Positions 1 through 7,225 of a stretch of 10,921 bases of DNA are shown in pieces. The stretch lies in the NCBI GenBank assembly GCA_043820925.1, contig JBDRDL010000072.1, positions 1 to 10,921 on the forward strand. The letters are read 5' to 3'. The position numbers and the translations under genes are program-made. The first letter of the stretch is position 1. Each line of letters opens with the position of its first letter. Source of the stretch: Methanobacteriota archaeon (GTDB lineage Archaea > Hydrothermarchaeota > Hydrothermarchaeia > Hydrothermarchaeales > JACRDW01). The notes beneath the pieces are model-generated. The model worked only from the letters and a program-made list of their open reading frames with translations. It did no database searches and had not been told where the DNA came from.

Positions 1-37
1 CTTCAATAATATGAGAGTAAGCAAAATCTACGCTCAC
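1..37 (-). CDS. Possible 5' end of a gene running off the left edge (MSVDFAYSHIIE...)
   Basis: Minus-strand GTG at 37-35 is preceded by GAGGAG 5 nt upstream and a TATA-like GATATAAATTAA around 71-82. The frame is open to the window edge but too short to identify. Confidence 0.3.
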   Translation of the reverse strand, partial: MSVDFAYSHIIE

Positions 38-280
38 AATATCTCCTCAGCTTTTACTTCCTTTGCCGGGTTAATTTATATCTTGCGTTTCCAACAATCG
101 TTACAGTATATGCCCTGAAAGACGGCTATGCAAGCGATTCAGATACTAAGGATACCTATTGATTTGTGATTCAGAACTCTGTCTCAAAACCCCTGCCGTA
201 GATACAAACCGACGAAGGAATGCAAGAGGCTCAAAGCTTAAATACGTTAAAATTCTAAGTAAAGGCAAGGAAGTGCAAAT

Positions 281-865
281 ATGCGACTCAAGCGATACTC
301 TATAGTGCTCAAAGGCAGGGTTCAGGATGTGAGCTTCAGGAGCAGGATAATAAGTACAGCCAAAATCTACAACCTTAGTGGTTATCCTCCAATTAACGAC
401 TTAGACGGCTCTGTTAAAATGATTTGCGAGGGTCCCGAGGAACTTTTACAGAAATTTTTAAAAGACATTGAAATAAGGGAAGAGCTGCCCTCAGGCATTC
501 GGGTCGAGGAAGTTGAGAAAAAGGAAATTCCAATCGACTTTCCGCTTCCTTCAAGGTTTGCGGCAGTGGAGGTTGAGGAGCTTTCCAATATATCGAGGAA
601 GATGGACATATGCAATGAACGATTAAAGGGAATAGAAAGCTCACTCGGCGAAATAAAAGGAGATATTGGAGGGATTAGAGGAGATATAGGGGAGATTAAA
701 GGGGATATTGGGGGGATTAAAGTAGACATCGGAGGGATTAAAGGAGATACCGGGGAGATTAAAGGGGATATAGGGGAAATAAAAGGAACTCTCAGAAGCA
801 TGGATGCAAAGCTAAACAATCTCGATGATATAAAACAAATTCTTACGAGGATTGCTGAGAAATAA
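281..865 (+). CDS. Acylphosphatase-domain protein with C-terminal heptad-repeat coiled coil
   Basis: N-terminal ~90 aa match the acylphosphatase pattern (GRVQDVSFR...LSGYPPINDLDGSVKMICEG vs canonical GRVQGVGFR...GWVRNLxDGSVE). The C-terminus is (GEIKGDI)-type heptads. TATA-like CTTAAATA at 237-244. Confidence 0.85.
   Translation: MRLKRYSIVLKGRVQDVSFRSRIISTAKIYNLSGYPPINDLDGSVKMICEGPEELLQKFLKDIEIREELPSGIRVEEVEKKEIPIDFPLPSRFAAVEVEELSNISRKMDICNERLKGIESSLGEIKGDIGGIRGDIGEIKGDIGGIKVDIGGIKGDTGEIKGDIGEIKGTLRSMDAKLNNLDDIKQILTRIAEK
647..793 (+). repeat. Seven imperfect 21-bp in-frame tandem repeats encoding G(E/G)I(K/R)GDI heptads
   Basis: Units: ggcgaaataaaaggagatatt / ggagggattagaggagatata / ggggagattaaaggggatatt / ggggggattaaagtagacatc / ggagggattaaaggagatacc / ggggagattaaaggggatata / ggggaaataaaaggaactctc. 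Confidence 0.95.
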
Positions 866-872
866 GTTATAG

Positions 873-971
873 AAAAGGATAAAGGAAGCTATCGAACTCT
901 ATCTTGAAGTGGAGGGTAGCACGGCTGACGTAAAAACTGAATTCGTGGGAGTGCAGGTAGTTGAAGCTTAG
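873..971 (+). pseudogene. hicB: HicB-family antitoxin remnant (C-terminal half only)
   Basis: Manual translation KRIKEAIELYLEVEGSTADVKTEFVGVQVVEA* matches the short archaeal HicB tail (xIKEAIELYLE...EFVGVQxVEV). No start codon; in-frame TAG at 870-872; N-terminal half absent. Confidence 0.8.
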
Positions 972-1101
972 ACCTCTGCCGCCGGAGAATTAGACAAAAA
1001 GGCAGTCATATCATAAAGGCGAGGACACGGGTAGAGGGCTGCTGAGGAAAATAATTAGAGATAGCAAGCTTACCGTCGAAGAATTTTTTGAGTTGCTTTA
1101 G
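961..1101 (+). pseudogene. hicA: HicA-family mRNA interferase remnant with two internal deletions
   Basis: TTG start overlaps the hicB end and gives MKLRPLPPE. Another frame then gives IRQKGSHII (989-1015), followed by HKGEDTGRGLLRKIIRDSKLTVEEFFELL* (1012-1101). These are HicA hallmark blocks with the intervening segments missing; premature TAG at 991-993. Confidence 0.85.
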
Positions 1102-1120
1102 GGTTGGAAGAATTTTCTTG

Positions 1121-1546
1121 TTAACATGTCCTAGAAACTATTCCGTTAAAATCCTTATCAAAGCTTGCAATGTATTCTATGCCCCTGCTCTTTATCAGTT
1201 CTATGGAAGCGCAGTCCGTGAAGCTGAGCTTTTTCTCAGAATATTTTAAGAACAATTTCCAGGCATTGGAAAGCACGTCTTCTGTTATGAATATCATGGT
1301 TATAAAAGAAGGAATCTCTTTTTCTTCATTTCCGAGTATCAGGTCCCTGACATCCACGGCTCTGGCAATATTACCTGTCCTGTACAGAACAGTAGTCACT
1401 GTTTCGTTGAAAATATAGTCAGAGGTAAATGGCATGCCGTATTTGTTTTTCATTATATCTTCGAGCAGCTCATCTGCTTTATCATGATTCTCATCGCTTT
1501 TGTTTATGTAAGCGATAAAAACGTTAGAATCTATGAGCATGCTCAT
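1121..1546 (-). CDS. vapC: PIN-domain ribonuclease toxin (VapC family)
   Basis: LIDSNVFIA...D.NH.KA...IFNETVT...LSFTDCAS...IASFDKDF carries the conserved acidic PIN residues; 141 aa. Start abuts the upstream stop (TAGATG). Confidence 0.93.
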   Translation of the reverse strand: MSMLIDSNVFIAYINKSDENHDKADELLEDIMKNKYGMPFTSDYIFNETVTTVLYRTGNIARAVDVRDLILGNEEKEIPSFITMIFITEDVLSNAWKLFLKYSEKKLSFTDCASIELIKSRGIEYIASFDKDFNGIVSRTC

Positions 1547-1828
1547 CTAGGCACCTTCGGAATCGTATAAGAGCCTGTCTATATCCTCTTCCTTGGTTTT
1601 TATATTCCAGTCTCCCTGCACCTGCTTAATTTTCTTAATCTGCTCCTCGCTTAAGGGCAAATTTGTGCTTTTGCTTAGAAAATCTTCTTTTCTATGCTGG
1701 AGATACTTAATCATCTTTGAGAAAAGGTTCTGCTGGCTTACTTTTCTGCCTGTTTTGAGAGTAAACTCTGCCTGCAGCAAGTCGAGCAGCTTCTTATCTT
1801 CTTTGCGAACTTTAATATTCTCGCTCAT
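1547..1828 (-). CDS. Putative cognate antitoxin (VapB-like, probable ribbon-helix-helix N-terminus)
   Basis: 93 aa, directly upstream of and coupled to the PIN gene. N-terminal NIKVRKEDKKLLDLLQ strand-helix pattern; acidic C-terminal EEDIDRLLY typical of archaeal VapB tails. Confidence 0.75.
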   Translation of the reverse strand: MSENIKVRKEDKKLLDLLQAEFTLKTGRKVSQQNLFSKMIKYLQHRKEDFLSKSTNLPLSEEQIKKIKQVQGDWNIKTKEEDIDRLLYDSEGA

Positions 1829-1842
1829 AAATAAAAAGATAA

Positions 1843-1870
1843 TTTTCTACTTTATATACTTTTCTACTTT
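1843..1870 (-). promoter_or_regulatory. TATA box flanked by 11-bp direct repeats (candidate TA autoregulatory operator)
   Basis: Minus-strand TATATAAA at 1851-1858, about 23 nt before the ATG at 1828 (likely leaderless). Perfect repeats TTTTCTACTTT at 1843-1853 and 1860-1870. Confidence 0.65.
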
Positions 1871-1877
1871 TCCTCAC

Positions 1878-2270
1878 CTACTTGAAAATCCTCTTTAAAG
1901 GAGTTTTATCAAAATCCTCATCGTTGGAATAAATTTCCTTTGCGCCGCCTCTTAAGGCAGAGGCTAAATGAATGGCATCTTCAAGCTCAAGCCCGTATTC
2001 CCTCATATACTCTGTTGCGCTGGAATATTCCTTCATAGTAAGGGGCAGTATTGTGAGATTTCTCAAAGAACCTAAGCTTTCGATAAGTTCGTTCTCCGAG
2101 TAGCGCAAAGCCTCTCTCTTTAGCACCACATGCGCCAGCCATGGAGTTAAAGAGGAGGTCAGTGCCTTTTCTTCCTTCTCTATTCTCTCCATGATATTCG
2201 TGGCAGTTTCGCCAAAATCCGGGTGGTCGCCCAGCCAGTAGATAATTACGTTCACATCCACATATCTCAT
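1878..2270 (-). CDS. vapC: PIN-domain ribonuclease toxin (VapC family)
   Basis: YVDVNVIIY...LEDAIHLASA...IYSNDEDFDK PIN motifs; 130 aa. ATGA overlap with the upstream AbrB-type gene. Confidence 0.92.
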   Translation of the reverse strand: MRYVDVNVIIYWLGDHPDFGETATNIMERIEKEEKALTSSLTPWLAHVVLKREALRYSENELIESLGSLRNLTILPLTMKEYSSATEYMREYGLELEDAIHLASALRGGAKEIYSNDEDFDKTPLKRIFK

Positions 2271-2515
2271 TTTTTCAGCTCTCTGGCAGCTTCTTCATAA
2301 GAGTACTTTTCTATCAGTTTGTCAACATCCTTAATCCTAGTTTTAAGCTTGAAAATCCCCCTCGCACCCCTTGCAATGCCCTTCGTTTGCTCCAGCACTA
2401 TTTTCTTGTTCTCTCTCCTAAGCCTGAGCACTGCACCTTCTTTTATACCGATTTCCTCTCTCAGCTTTTTTGGGAGATATACCCTCCCTTGCCTATCAAC
2501 AAAAGTTATTTCCAT
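2267..2515 (-). CDS. AbrB/MazE/SpoVT-family antitoxin
   Basis: VDRQGRVYLPKKLREEIGIKEGAVLRL swapped-hairpin signature. ATG at 2515 preferred (track GTG at 2527 possible). 4-bp overlap with the PIN gene. Confidence 0.9.
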   Translation of the reverse strand: MEITFVDRQGRVYLPKKLREEIGIKEGAVLRLRRENKKIVLEQTKGIARGARGIFKLKTRIKDVDKLIEKYSYEEAARELKK

Positions 2516-2528
2516 TTTTTGAATCACT

Positions 2529-2570
2529 TACCATTACAATAAGTTATACCATCGTAAATATTAATGGTAT
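2529..2570. promoter_or_regulatory. Three TACCAT boxes (two direct, one inverted) upstream of abrB-vapC; candidate operator
   Basis: TACCATTA 2529-2536, ATACCAT 2546-2552 and inverted TAATGGTAT 2562-2570, embedded in AT-rich promoter sequence. Confidence 0.55.
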
Positions 2571-2591
2571 TAAATACGGAGAAAGAAAGGG

Positions 2592-3725
2592 CTATCTAAA
2601 CATCTCCCTCGGCGGCTTAGGCTTGGAGGGTATTGCTTTCAATGCGGATTCGAAGTGCGTGCCAGAAACCTCGCCAGAATCTTCGAGTATTGCCTTGTGG
2701 AGTGCTGCCTTCAGCAACTTTTCTTTTATGTCCCTGCCAGAGAAGCCCTCTGTTTTTTTAACGTACTCTTTCAAATCCACCGCAACTTTTAGAGGGAATT
2801 TTTTGATGTATTTTTTTAGTATCTCCAGCCTCTCTTTCTCGTTAGGCAGCCTGAACTCCATCTCTTCCTCGAACCTGCTCTTTAATGCAGGGTCAAGCAG
2901 CGCAGGATTGTTAGTTGCAGCTATGGTCACAACTCCCTTGTTCTCTTGAATGCCCTCCAGCTCAGTTAAAAGCGCATTTACAATTTCTGAAACATCGCCT
3001 CTAACCGACTGGTACGCTCTGTCTAAACCTATGGCATCCAGCTCATCTATGAAGATTATGCTCGGAGCATTTTCTGAAGCATTTCTAAAGAGCTCGTGGA
3101 TGCGTTTCGAGCCGTCGCCCACGTACTCGCCTATTAATTCGGTTGCTCTCACTAAATACAGCGAGGAGGACGTTTCACCCGCCAGCGCCTTTGCGGTCAT
3201 GGTTTTCCCGGTGCCGGGATGACCGTAGAAAAGTATATTTTTAGGTGCCCATTCCCCGAAGCTTCCAGGGTTTTTTAAGTACTTTATTATTATCCTGCAC
3301 TTGCGCTTCACGTCTTCGTGACCGACTATATCCTTGAATTTATATGCGGCGATTCTCAGAAGCTCTTCGGGCATCTTCTCGATTTGGATTACGGTGTCTC
3401 CTGTTACAGTAACCTCTCCGAGAGGCAGGACTTTTATGACCCTGAAGGCGAAGTCAGGTATTATGCGCTGGTCGAAGAGATAGTCTCCCTTCGCCACGGT
3501 AGTGCCTATCCACTGCTCCCTTGCATAGATTTCGAAGAGCTTTTCGTCAGCAATGTTCAGGGGGTAGTTTCTATGTGCGTCTCTGAACGGAAAGCCAGCA
3601 GGCTTAAGCCTCACAAGCCTTGCAGGTCTTGCTTGTGGATAAGTCACCGGCTTTCTCTCGACTTCTCTTGCCCTGCTCGCAACCCATTTATCCAAGTAAG
3701 TCTGTATATTTATTCCTCCAACCAC
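2592..3725 (-). CDS. AAA+ ATPase, AMA/COG1223-like archaeal chaperone
   Basis: Walker A GHPGTGKT, pore loop GEYVG, Walker B IIFIDE, SRH AATNNPALLDPALKSRFEE. N-domain LKPAGFP...FEIYAREQW.G...GDYLFD resembles AMA proteins. Exact start uncertain. Confidence 0.9.
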   Translation of the reverse strand: MVGGINIQTYLDKWVASRAREVERKPVTYPQARPARLVRLKPAGFPFRDAHRNYPLNIADEKLFEIYAREQWIGTTVAKGDYLFDQRIIPDFAFRVIKVLPLGEVTVTGDTVIQIEKMPEELLRIAAYKFKDIVGHEDVKRKCRIIIKYLKNPGSFGEWAPKNILFYGHPGTGKTMTAKALAGETSSSLYLVRATELIGEYVGDGSKRIHELFRNASENAPSIIFIDELDAIGLDRAYQSVRGDVSEIVNALLTELEGIQENKGVVTIAATNNPALLDPALKSRFEEEMEFRLPNEKERLEILKKYIKKFPLKVAVDLKEYVKKTEGFSGRDIKEKLLKAALHKAILEDSGEVSGTHFESALKAIPSKPKPPREMFR

Positions 3726-3766
3726 ATATATTTCATTAGTATCTTAAAAGATTTTTGGTGAAGTCC

Positions 3767-4267
3767 ATGAAAGCTAAGCTGTTCGCTGCGATTATGTATT
3801 CAGGCGAGGAAGCATATAAAAAAGCGATAGAAGAGCTTGTGAAAAAATTCGGGGCAATCGACGGCGAGAGCGAGGTCTTTGCCTTCGACTTCACAGACTA
3901 CTACGCAGAGGAAATGGGGCAAAAGCTTTTCAAAAAATTCTTGAGCTTTAGAGAGCCTATAAAACAGGAAGAACTCGCAGACATTAAGCTATTCACAAAC
4001 GAGCTCGAAAAGAAGTTCTCAGTCGAAGGAAAAAGGCAGGTTAACATCGACCCGGGCTACGTTACTGCGCTAAATCTAGTTCTCGCAACGAAGAAAGAAT
4101 CCCAGCACCGCATTTACCTCCGAGACGGAGTTTTCGCAGAGGCAACGCTTGCGTTTAAGAAGAACGGGTGCATTTACTTCGACTGGACTTACCCTGACTA
4201 TAAAACAAAGCTGGCGTGTGAGTTTTTGCTAAAGGTTCGGGGGAAGCTCATGAAAGCTGTGCAGTAG
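3767..4267 (+). CDS. DUF4416-family protein
   Basis: FDFTDYYAEEMG, LADIKLFTNELE, RQVNIDPGY, LVLATKK...HRIYLRDGVFAE, WTYPDY motifs. ATG at 3767 follows a GGTGA Shine-Dalgarno. Confidence 0.8.
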   Translation: MKAKLFAAIMYSGEEAYKKAIEELVKKFGAIDGESEVFAFDFTDYYAEEMGQKLFKKFLSFREPIKQEELADIKLFTNELEKKFSVEGKRQVNIDPGYVTALNLVLATKKESQHRIYLRDGVFAEATLAFKKNGCIYFDWTYPDYKTKLACEFLLKVRGKLMKAVQ

Positions 4268-4426
4268 TAGCAAGACTCTGAAACTTGCCCTGTATGCGCA
4301 GATTGCAGTTGCGCTGCATGCTCTTGCTCGTGCGGCTGTGGAAGCTGCTAAGAAGATTTATGCTTAGCAAGAGACTTTATTTCATTCATTAGGAAGGAGC
4401 CAGAAGTTATAGGAAATCTGGAAACC

Positions 4427-5176
4427 CTAAAATTGCAGCATCTTCTCATGCCTCTCGCAAAAGTTATCCTCAAGCTGGGCGTTTATCAATTCTTCCTGCC
4501 AGTGCGCATTATATAACCTGCAGTTCTTGCTCTCGCAGAAAGCCTCTCCGAAAATTTGATAAAAAATCGCCTGCATGACACAGCCCTTTGCAACCTCTGT
4601 CAGCCTTTCGTCATCGTAGTCTATGAATCGCCCCCTGTACTTCAGTTTCAGCAGCTCTTCATTGCTACCGATTCGCTTCTCTATATAATATTCCCTCGGC
4701 TTCGCCGGTGCCTCAACAATGCCGCTCACCGAAATTATTGAGGGGCAGCCGAGAATGTTTACTCTCGCATGGTAGCGCAGGTCGTCTTCATCGAAAGTTG
4801 CGAGCAGTCTATCTATTAAAATTATGTGCACGTTTTTCAAGTTTTTCTCTTCCTTTGGCAATAGTTCATAAAAAATTCTCTGGAGCATGAAGCCGTCGTA
4901 GAGTATTCCGCCCGGCGTTATAATACCCTTCAAAACCCTCTTCTCATACTCGATTTCGCCGTATAGAGGCTCGTTGTATTTGAAGGGCTTCATTACATCG
5001 ATGATTCTTATGCTCGCAAGAACCTTTGCAAATTCGTCTGGGTCGCTCTTCAGGCAGCGGTCTAAAAATTCGCCCCTCTCTTCAACATTTTTTTTCAGCT
5101 TTTCTTTCAAGTAGCGTTCGATTTCTCTAGCAGAAAGCAACTTTGAGCCGCTGTACAGTAAAATTTGAAATTTCAT
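4427..5176 (-). CDS. Archaeal putative metallopeptidase (DUF6775-like)
   Basis: LYDGF, RLLATFDEDDLRYHAR, GIVEAPAKPREYY, GEAFCESKNCRLYNAHWQEELINAQL...FCERH. ATG at 5176 preferred: it avoids overlap with the divergent gene and lies about 27 nt after a minus-strand TTTATAT at ~5203-5209. Confidence 0.75.
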   Translation of the reverse strand: MKFQILLYSGSKLLSAREIERYLKEKLKKNVEERGEFLDRCLKSDPDEFAKVLASIRIIDVMKPFKYNEPLYGEIEYEKRVLKGIITPGGILYDGFMLQRIFYELLPKEEKNLKNVHIILIDRLLATFDEDDLRYHARVNILGCPSIISVSGIVEAPAKPREYYIEKRIGSNEELLKLKYRGRFIDYDDERLTEVAKGCVMQAIFYQIFGEAFCESKNCRLYNAHWQEELINAQLEDNFCERHEKMLQF

Positions 5177-5219
5177 AATTAGGAAAGAATTTGAATGAAG
5201 AGATATAAAAAAGAAGAGT

Positions 5220-6152
5220 ATGGTATTGAAAAGGGCACTTTGGTTTATAATCTTGTGCATACTTCTCCCTCAAACTGTAGGTGCAGTAACCTATACCTTT
5301 GCAGATTATTCCATCATCGCTGAAATAGATGACAGGGACAATCTTCACGAGGAGGTATCCTTTGCAATTGAAAACCTCGGTGATTCTCCCATATCATGGG
5401 TTGAATATTCTTTGATTTCTGCTCCAAAAAATTTGGAAGTATTTGACGAGGAGGGCGCCTTGCAATATTCCATCGAGAACGAGAGAGACGTCCTGATAAA
5501 GCTGAGGGAGCCTCTCAAAAAGGGCGAAAGCGAGATGATTAGCTTGAAATTCAGCATCTCTGGCGTTGTTACCAGACTCGACGAAAACAAAATTCTCACC
5601 TTCTGCTATGTTCCTGAGGTAAATATCTCAAACCTAGCCCTGACAGTCAGGCTTCCACCAGGAAGCACTTTAGCCTCTGAAGTCAGGAGAACAGGAGAAT
5701 CTATCTCAGCCGTATATCCGAGCCCTTCCAGAATATATAGCGACGGTGAGAGAATCGTTGTAGAGTGGGTTGTACAGGAGCTGCCTGCTCAGGAGAGCTT
5801 CCGTATCTTTCTGATGTATACTGCCGTAGAAAAGAATGCAGGTTACGTCCTCGGAGTTTTGTCAGGTGTTCTTCTCGGTGGTGCAGGTACTTTTTATTAC
5901 TTCAGGAGAAAGGGCACAGGAAAAAAGATCGCCAAAATGGTTCTCGGCGAGGATGAGCGGAAGATTTACGACATGCTGCTCTCCTCCAACGGAGAGATTT
6001 TACAGGACGACATAGCAAGACACACGGACTTCTCAAGGGCGAAGATAAGCAAGCTGGTGAGAAATCTGGAAGAAAAAGGAATAATAAAAAAGGAGCCATA
6101 CAGGAAGACCAACAGGCTCTTATTAAAAAGGGAGTTTGGTGGAAGGCATTAG
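5220..6152 (+). CDS. Membrane-anchored winged-HTH transcriptional regulator (COG2512-like): signal peptide, extracellular beta domain, one TM helix, cytoplasmic wHTH
   Basis: Signal MVLKRALWFIILCILLPQTVGA; beta-rich ectodomain; TM GYVLGVLSGVLLGGAGTFYYF followed by RRK; C-terminal EDERKIYDML...GEILQDDIARHTDFSRAKISKLVRNLEEKGIIKKEPYRKTNRL. Confidence 0.85.
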   Translation: MVLKRALWFIILCILLPQTVGAVTYTFADYSIIAEIDDRDNLHEEVSFAIENLGDSPISWVEYSLISAPKNLEVFDEEGALQYSIENERDVLIKLREPLKKGESEMISLKFSISGVVTRLDENKILTFCYVPEVNISNLALTVRLPPGSTLASEVRRTGESISAVYPSPSRIYSDGERIVVEWVVQELPAQESFRIFLMYTAVEKNAGYVLGVLSGVLLGGAGTFYYFRRKGTGKKIAKMVLGEDERKIYDMLLSSNGEILQDDIARHTDFSRAKISKLVRNLEEKGIIKKEPYRKTNRLLLKREFGGRH

Positions 6153-7168
6153 CGTCCTCCACCGTGCGCTTCACCATCGGTCTGTTTTCCAGCTCGTGCA
6201 CGTCCTTTGATGCCTATTTTGACGCCGTGCTTTCCTGCCTCGACGTCTATGTCGCCTTTAACCCTTGCAAGACCTCTTGCTTTAATTTCCTCCTTCATGA
6301 GGTCGACGTCCATTTTAAAAGTCCCGACAACTATATTCTGGGAAATCTTTACAGAGTTTTCTGCCTGGGCTTTAGCAGCAGTTGCAAGTCCAAATGCCTC
6401 GCCGTATTTTCCTGCATCAAAGGCAGCCTTCGCCATTTCGAGGTGCTTTTTAGCGTTTATAACCAGTCGTGCTGCTGCAGTTGTTCTGCCGTCAGTAACT
6501 TCAGTTGTATTTTCCTCTGCCCGTGCAATGGCCGCCTCCGCATCTTCAATAGCCTTCGCTGCTCTCTGCCTAAAGTCTATCTGGGTTTCGTTAATCTTGC
6601 CGATTCCTCTCGCCCTGATTTTGCTCTTTATTTCAGCTACGTGCATGTTGGGCGTAGGAATTAGAACAGCGGTGCTTGCATTGAGTTTCTCTATGCTCGC
6701 TGCTACCGACTCTGGCACCGAATCCGGACGCACAAATAGCAACGGACAATTTTTAACCTTGACTTTTATCCTCGCATCCTGAATTCCTTGGTCGTCGTCC
6801 CCTACCGCCACAAATACTTCGGAGCAGTTTTTCCATTCCCTGGCGATGAGTGCAGAGGTATGATATCTATCCCTGCCTGCAAATCTCTTGACTGTGATAT
6901 TAACTTTTTCTTCCACGCCAGGCACCGCTACACCGCCTCCTATTACATACACTTCTGCTGCACCGCTCGCCTCGATCTTTTGTAGTGCTTCGTCGCTTAA
7001 AGTTCCCCAGGGAGTGACTATTACTGTTGCATTTATCTTTTCAGCAAGAGTATTCGCCACTGCAAGGTCTGCTGAGTTGTCTGAGACCAATATAATGACG
7101 CTGGCTTCCTGGGCAGATGCAAGTCCGCTGAGCACCAGAAGCGCCAGCAGCGCAATTATCCTTCTCAT
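6149..7168 (-). CDS. Secreted cell-wall-binding repeat 2 (CWB2/COG2247-like) surface protein with C-terminal helical bundle
   Basis: Signal peptide ending ASA-QE; ILVSDNSAD, VIVTPWG, VYVIGGGVAV, RFAGRDRYHTS, VFVAVGDD, PLLFVRPDSVP repeat motifs; Ala-rich helical tail; SD AGGAGG upstream. Confidence 0.85.
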   Translation of the reverse strand: MRRIIALLALLVLSGLASAQEASVIILVSDNSADLAVANTLAEKINATVIVTPWGTLSDEALQKIEASGAAEVYVIGGGVAVPGVEEKVNITVKRFAGRDRYHTSALIAREWKNCSEVFVAVGDDDQGIQDARIKVKVKNCPLLFVRPDSVPESVAASIEKLNASTAVLIPTPNMHVAEIKSKIRARGIGKINETQIDFRQRAAKAIEDAEAAIARAEENTTEVTDGRTTAAARLVINAKKHLEMAKAAFDAGKYGEAFGLATAAKAQAENSVKISQNIVVGTFKMDVDLMKEEIKARGLARVKGDIDVEAGKHGVKIGIKGRARAGKQTDGEAHGGGR

Positions 7169-7225
7169 TTTTTATCCTCCTGATTTATATGTAGTACAAC
7201 TAATATTTAATATAACTCCATAAAT

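Noticed and set aside
10..162. Plus-strand open stretch ending ...VTVYALKDGYASDSDTKDTY*
   Set aside because: No convincing start codon and a stop at 7-9; it might be a gene remnant but cannot be supported without the left flank.
647..793. 21-bp repeats as a CRISPR array
   Set aside because: No unique spacers; units are contiguous, in frame and vary mostly at codon third positions, so this is a coding repeat.
382..819. Antisense ORFs 382-819 and 414-644
   Set aside because: Shadows of the acylphosphatase-domain gene; the ISP/IPP pattern is simply the reverse complement of the heptad repeat.
1078..1116. 10-bp direct repeat GAAGAATTTT at 1078-1087 and 1107-1116
   Set aside because: Low complexity and only 29 bp apart; no element between the copies to make it a target-site duplication.
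5177..5260. N-terminal extension of the 277-aa ORF
   Set aside because: It overlaps the divergent gene start at 5220 and the promoter; ATG 5176 fits TATA spacing better.
6138..6163. Inverted repeat GGTGGA...TCCACC across the convergent stop codons
   Set aside because: Only a 6-8 bp stem with no U-tract, and explained by both proteins ending in GG(G)R codons; too weak to call a terminator.
6164..7223. Long plus-strand ORFs (6164-6664, 6207-6782, 6788-6985, 6888-7223)
   Set aside because: Antisense shadows of the Ala-rich CWB2 gene with no recognisable motifs.
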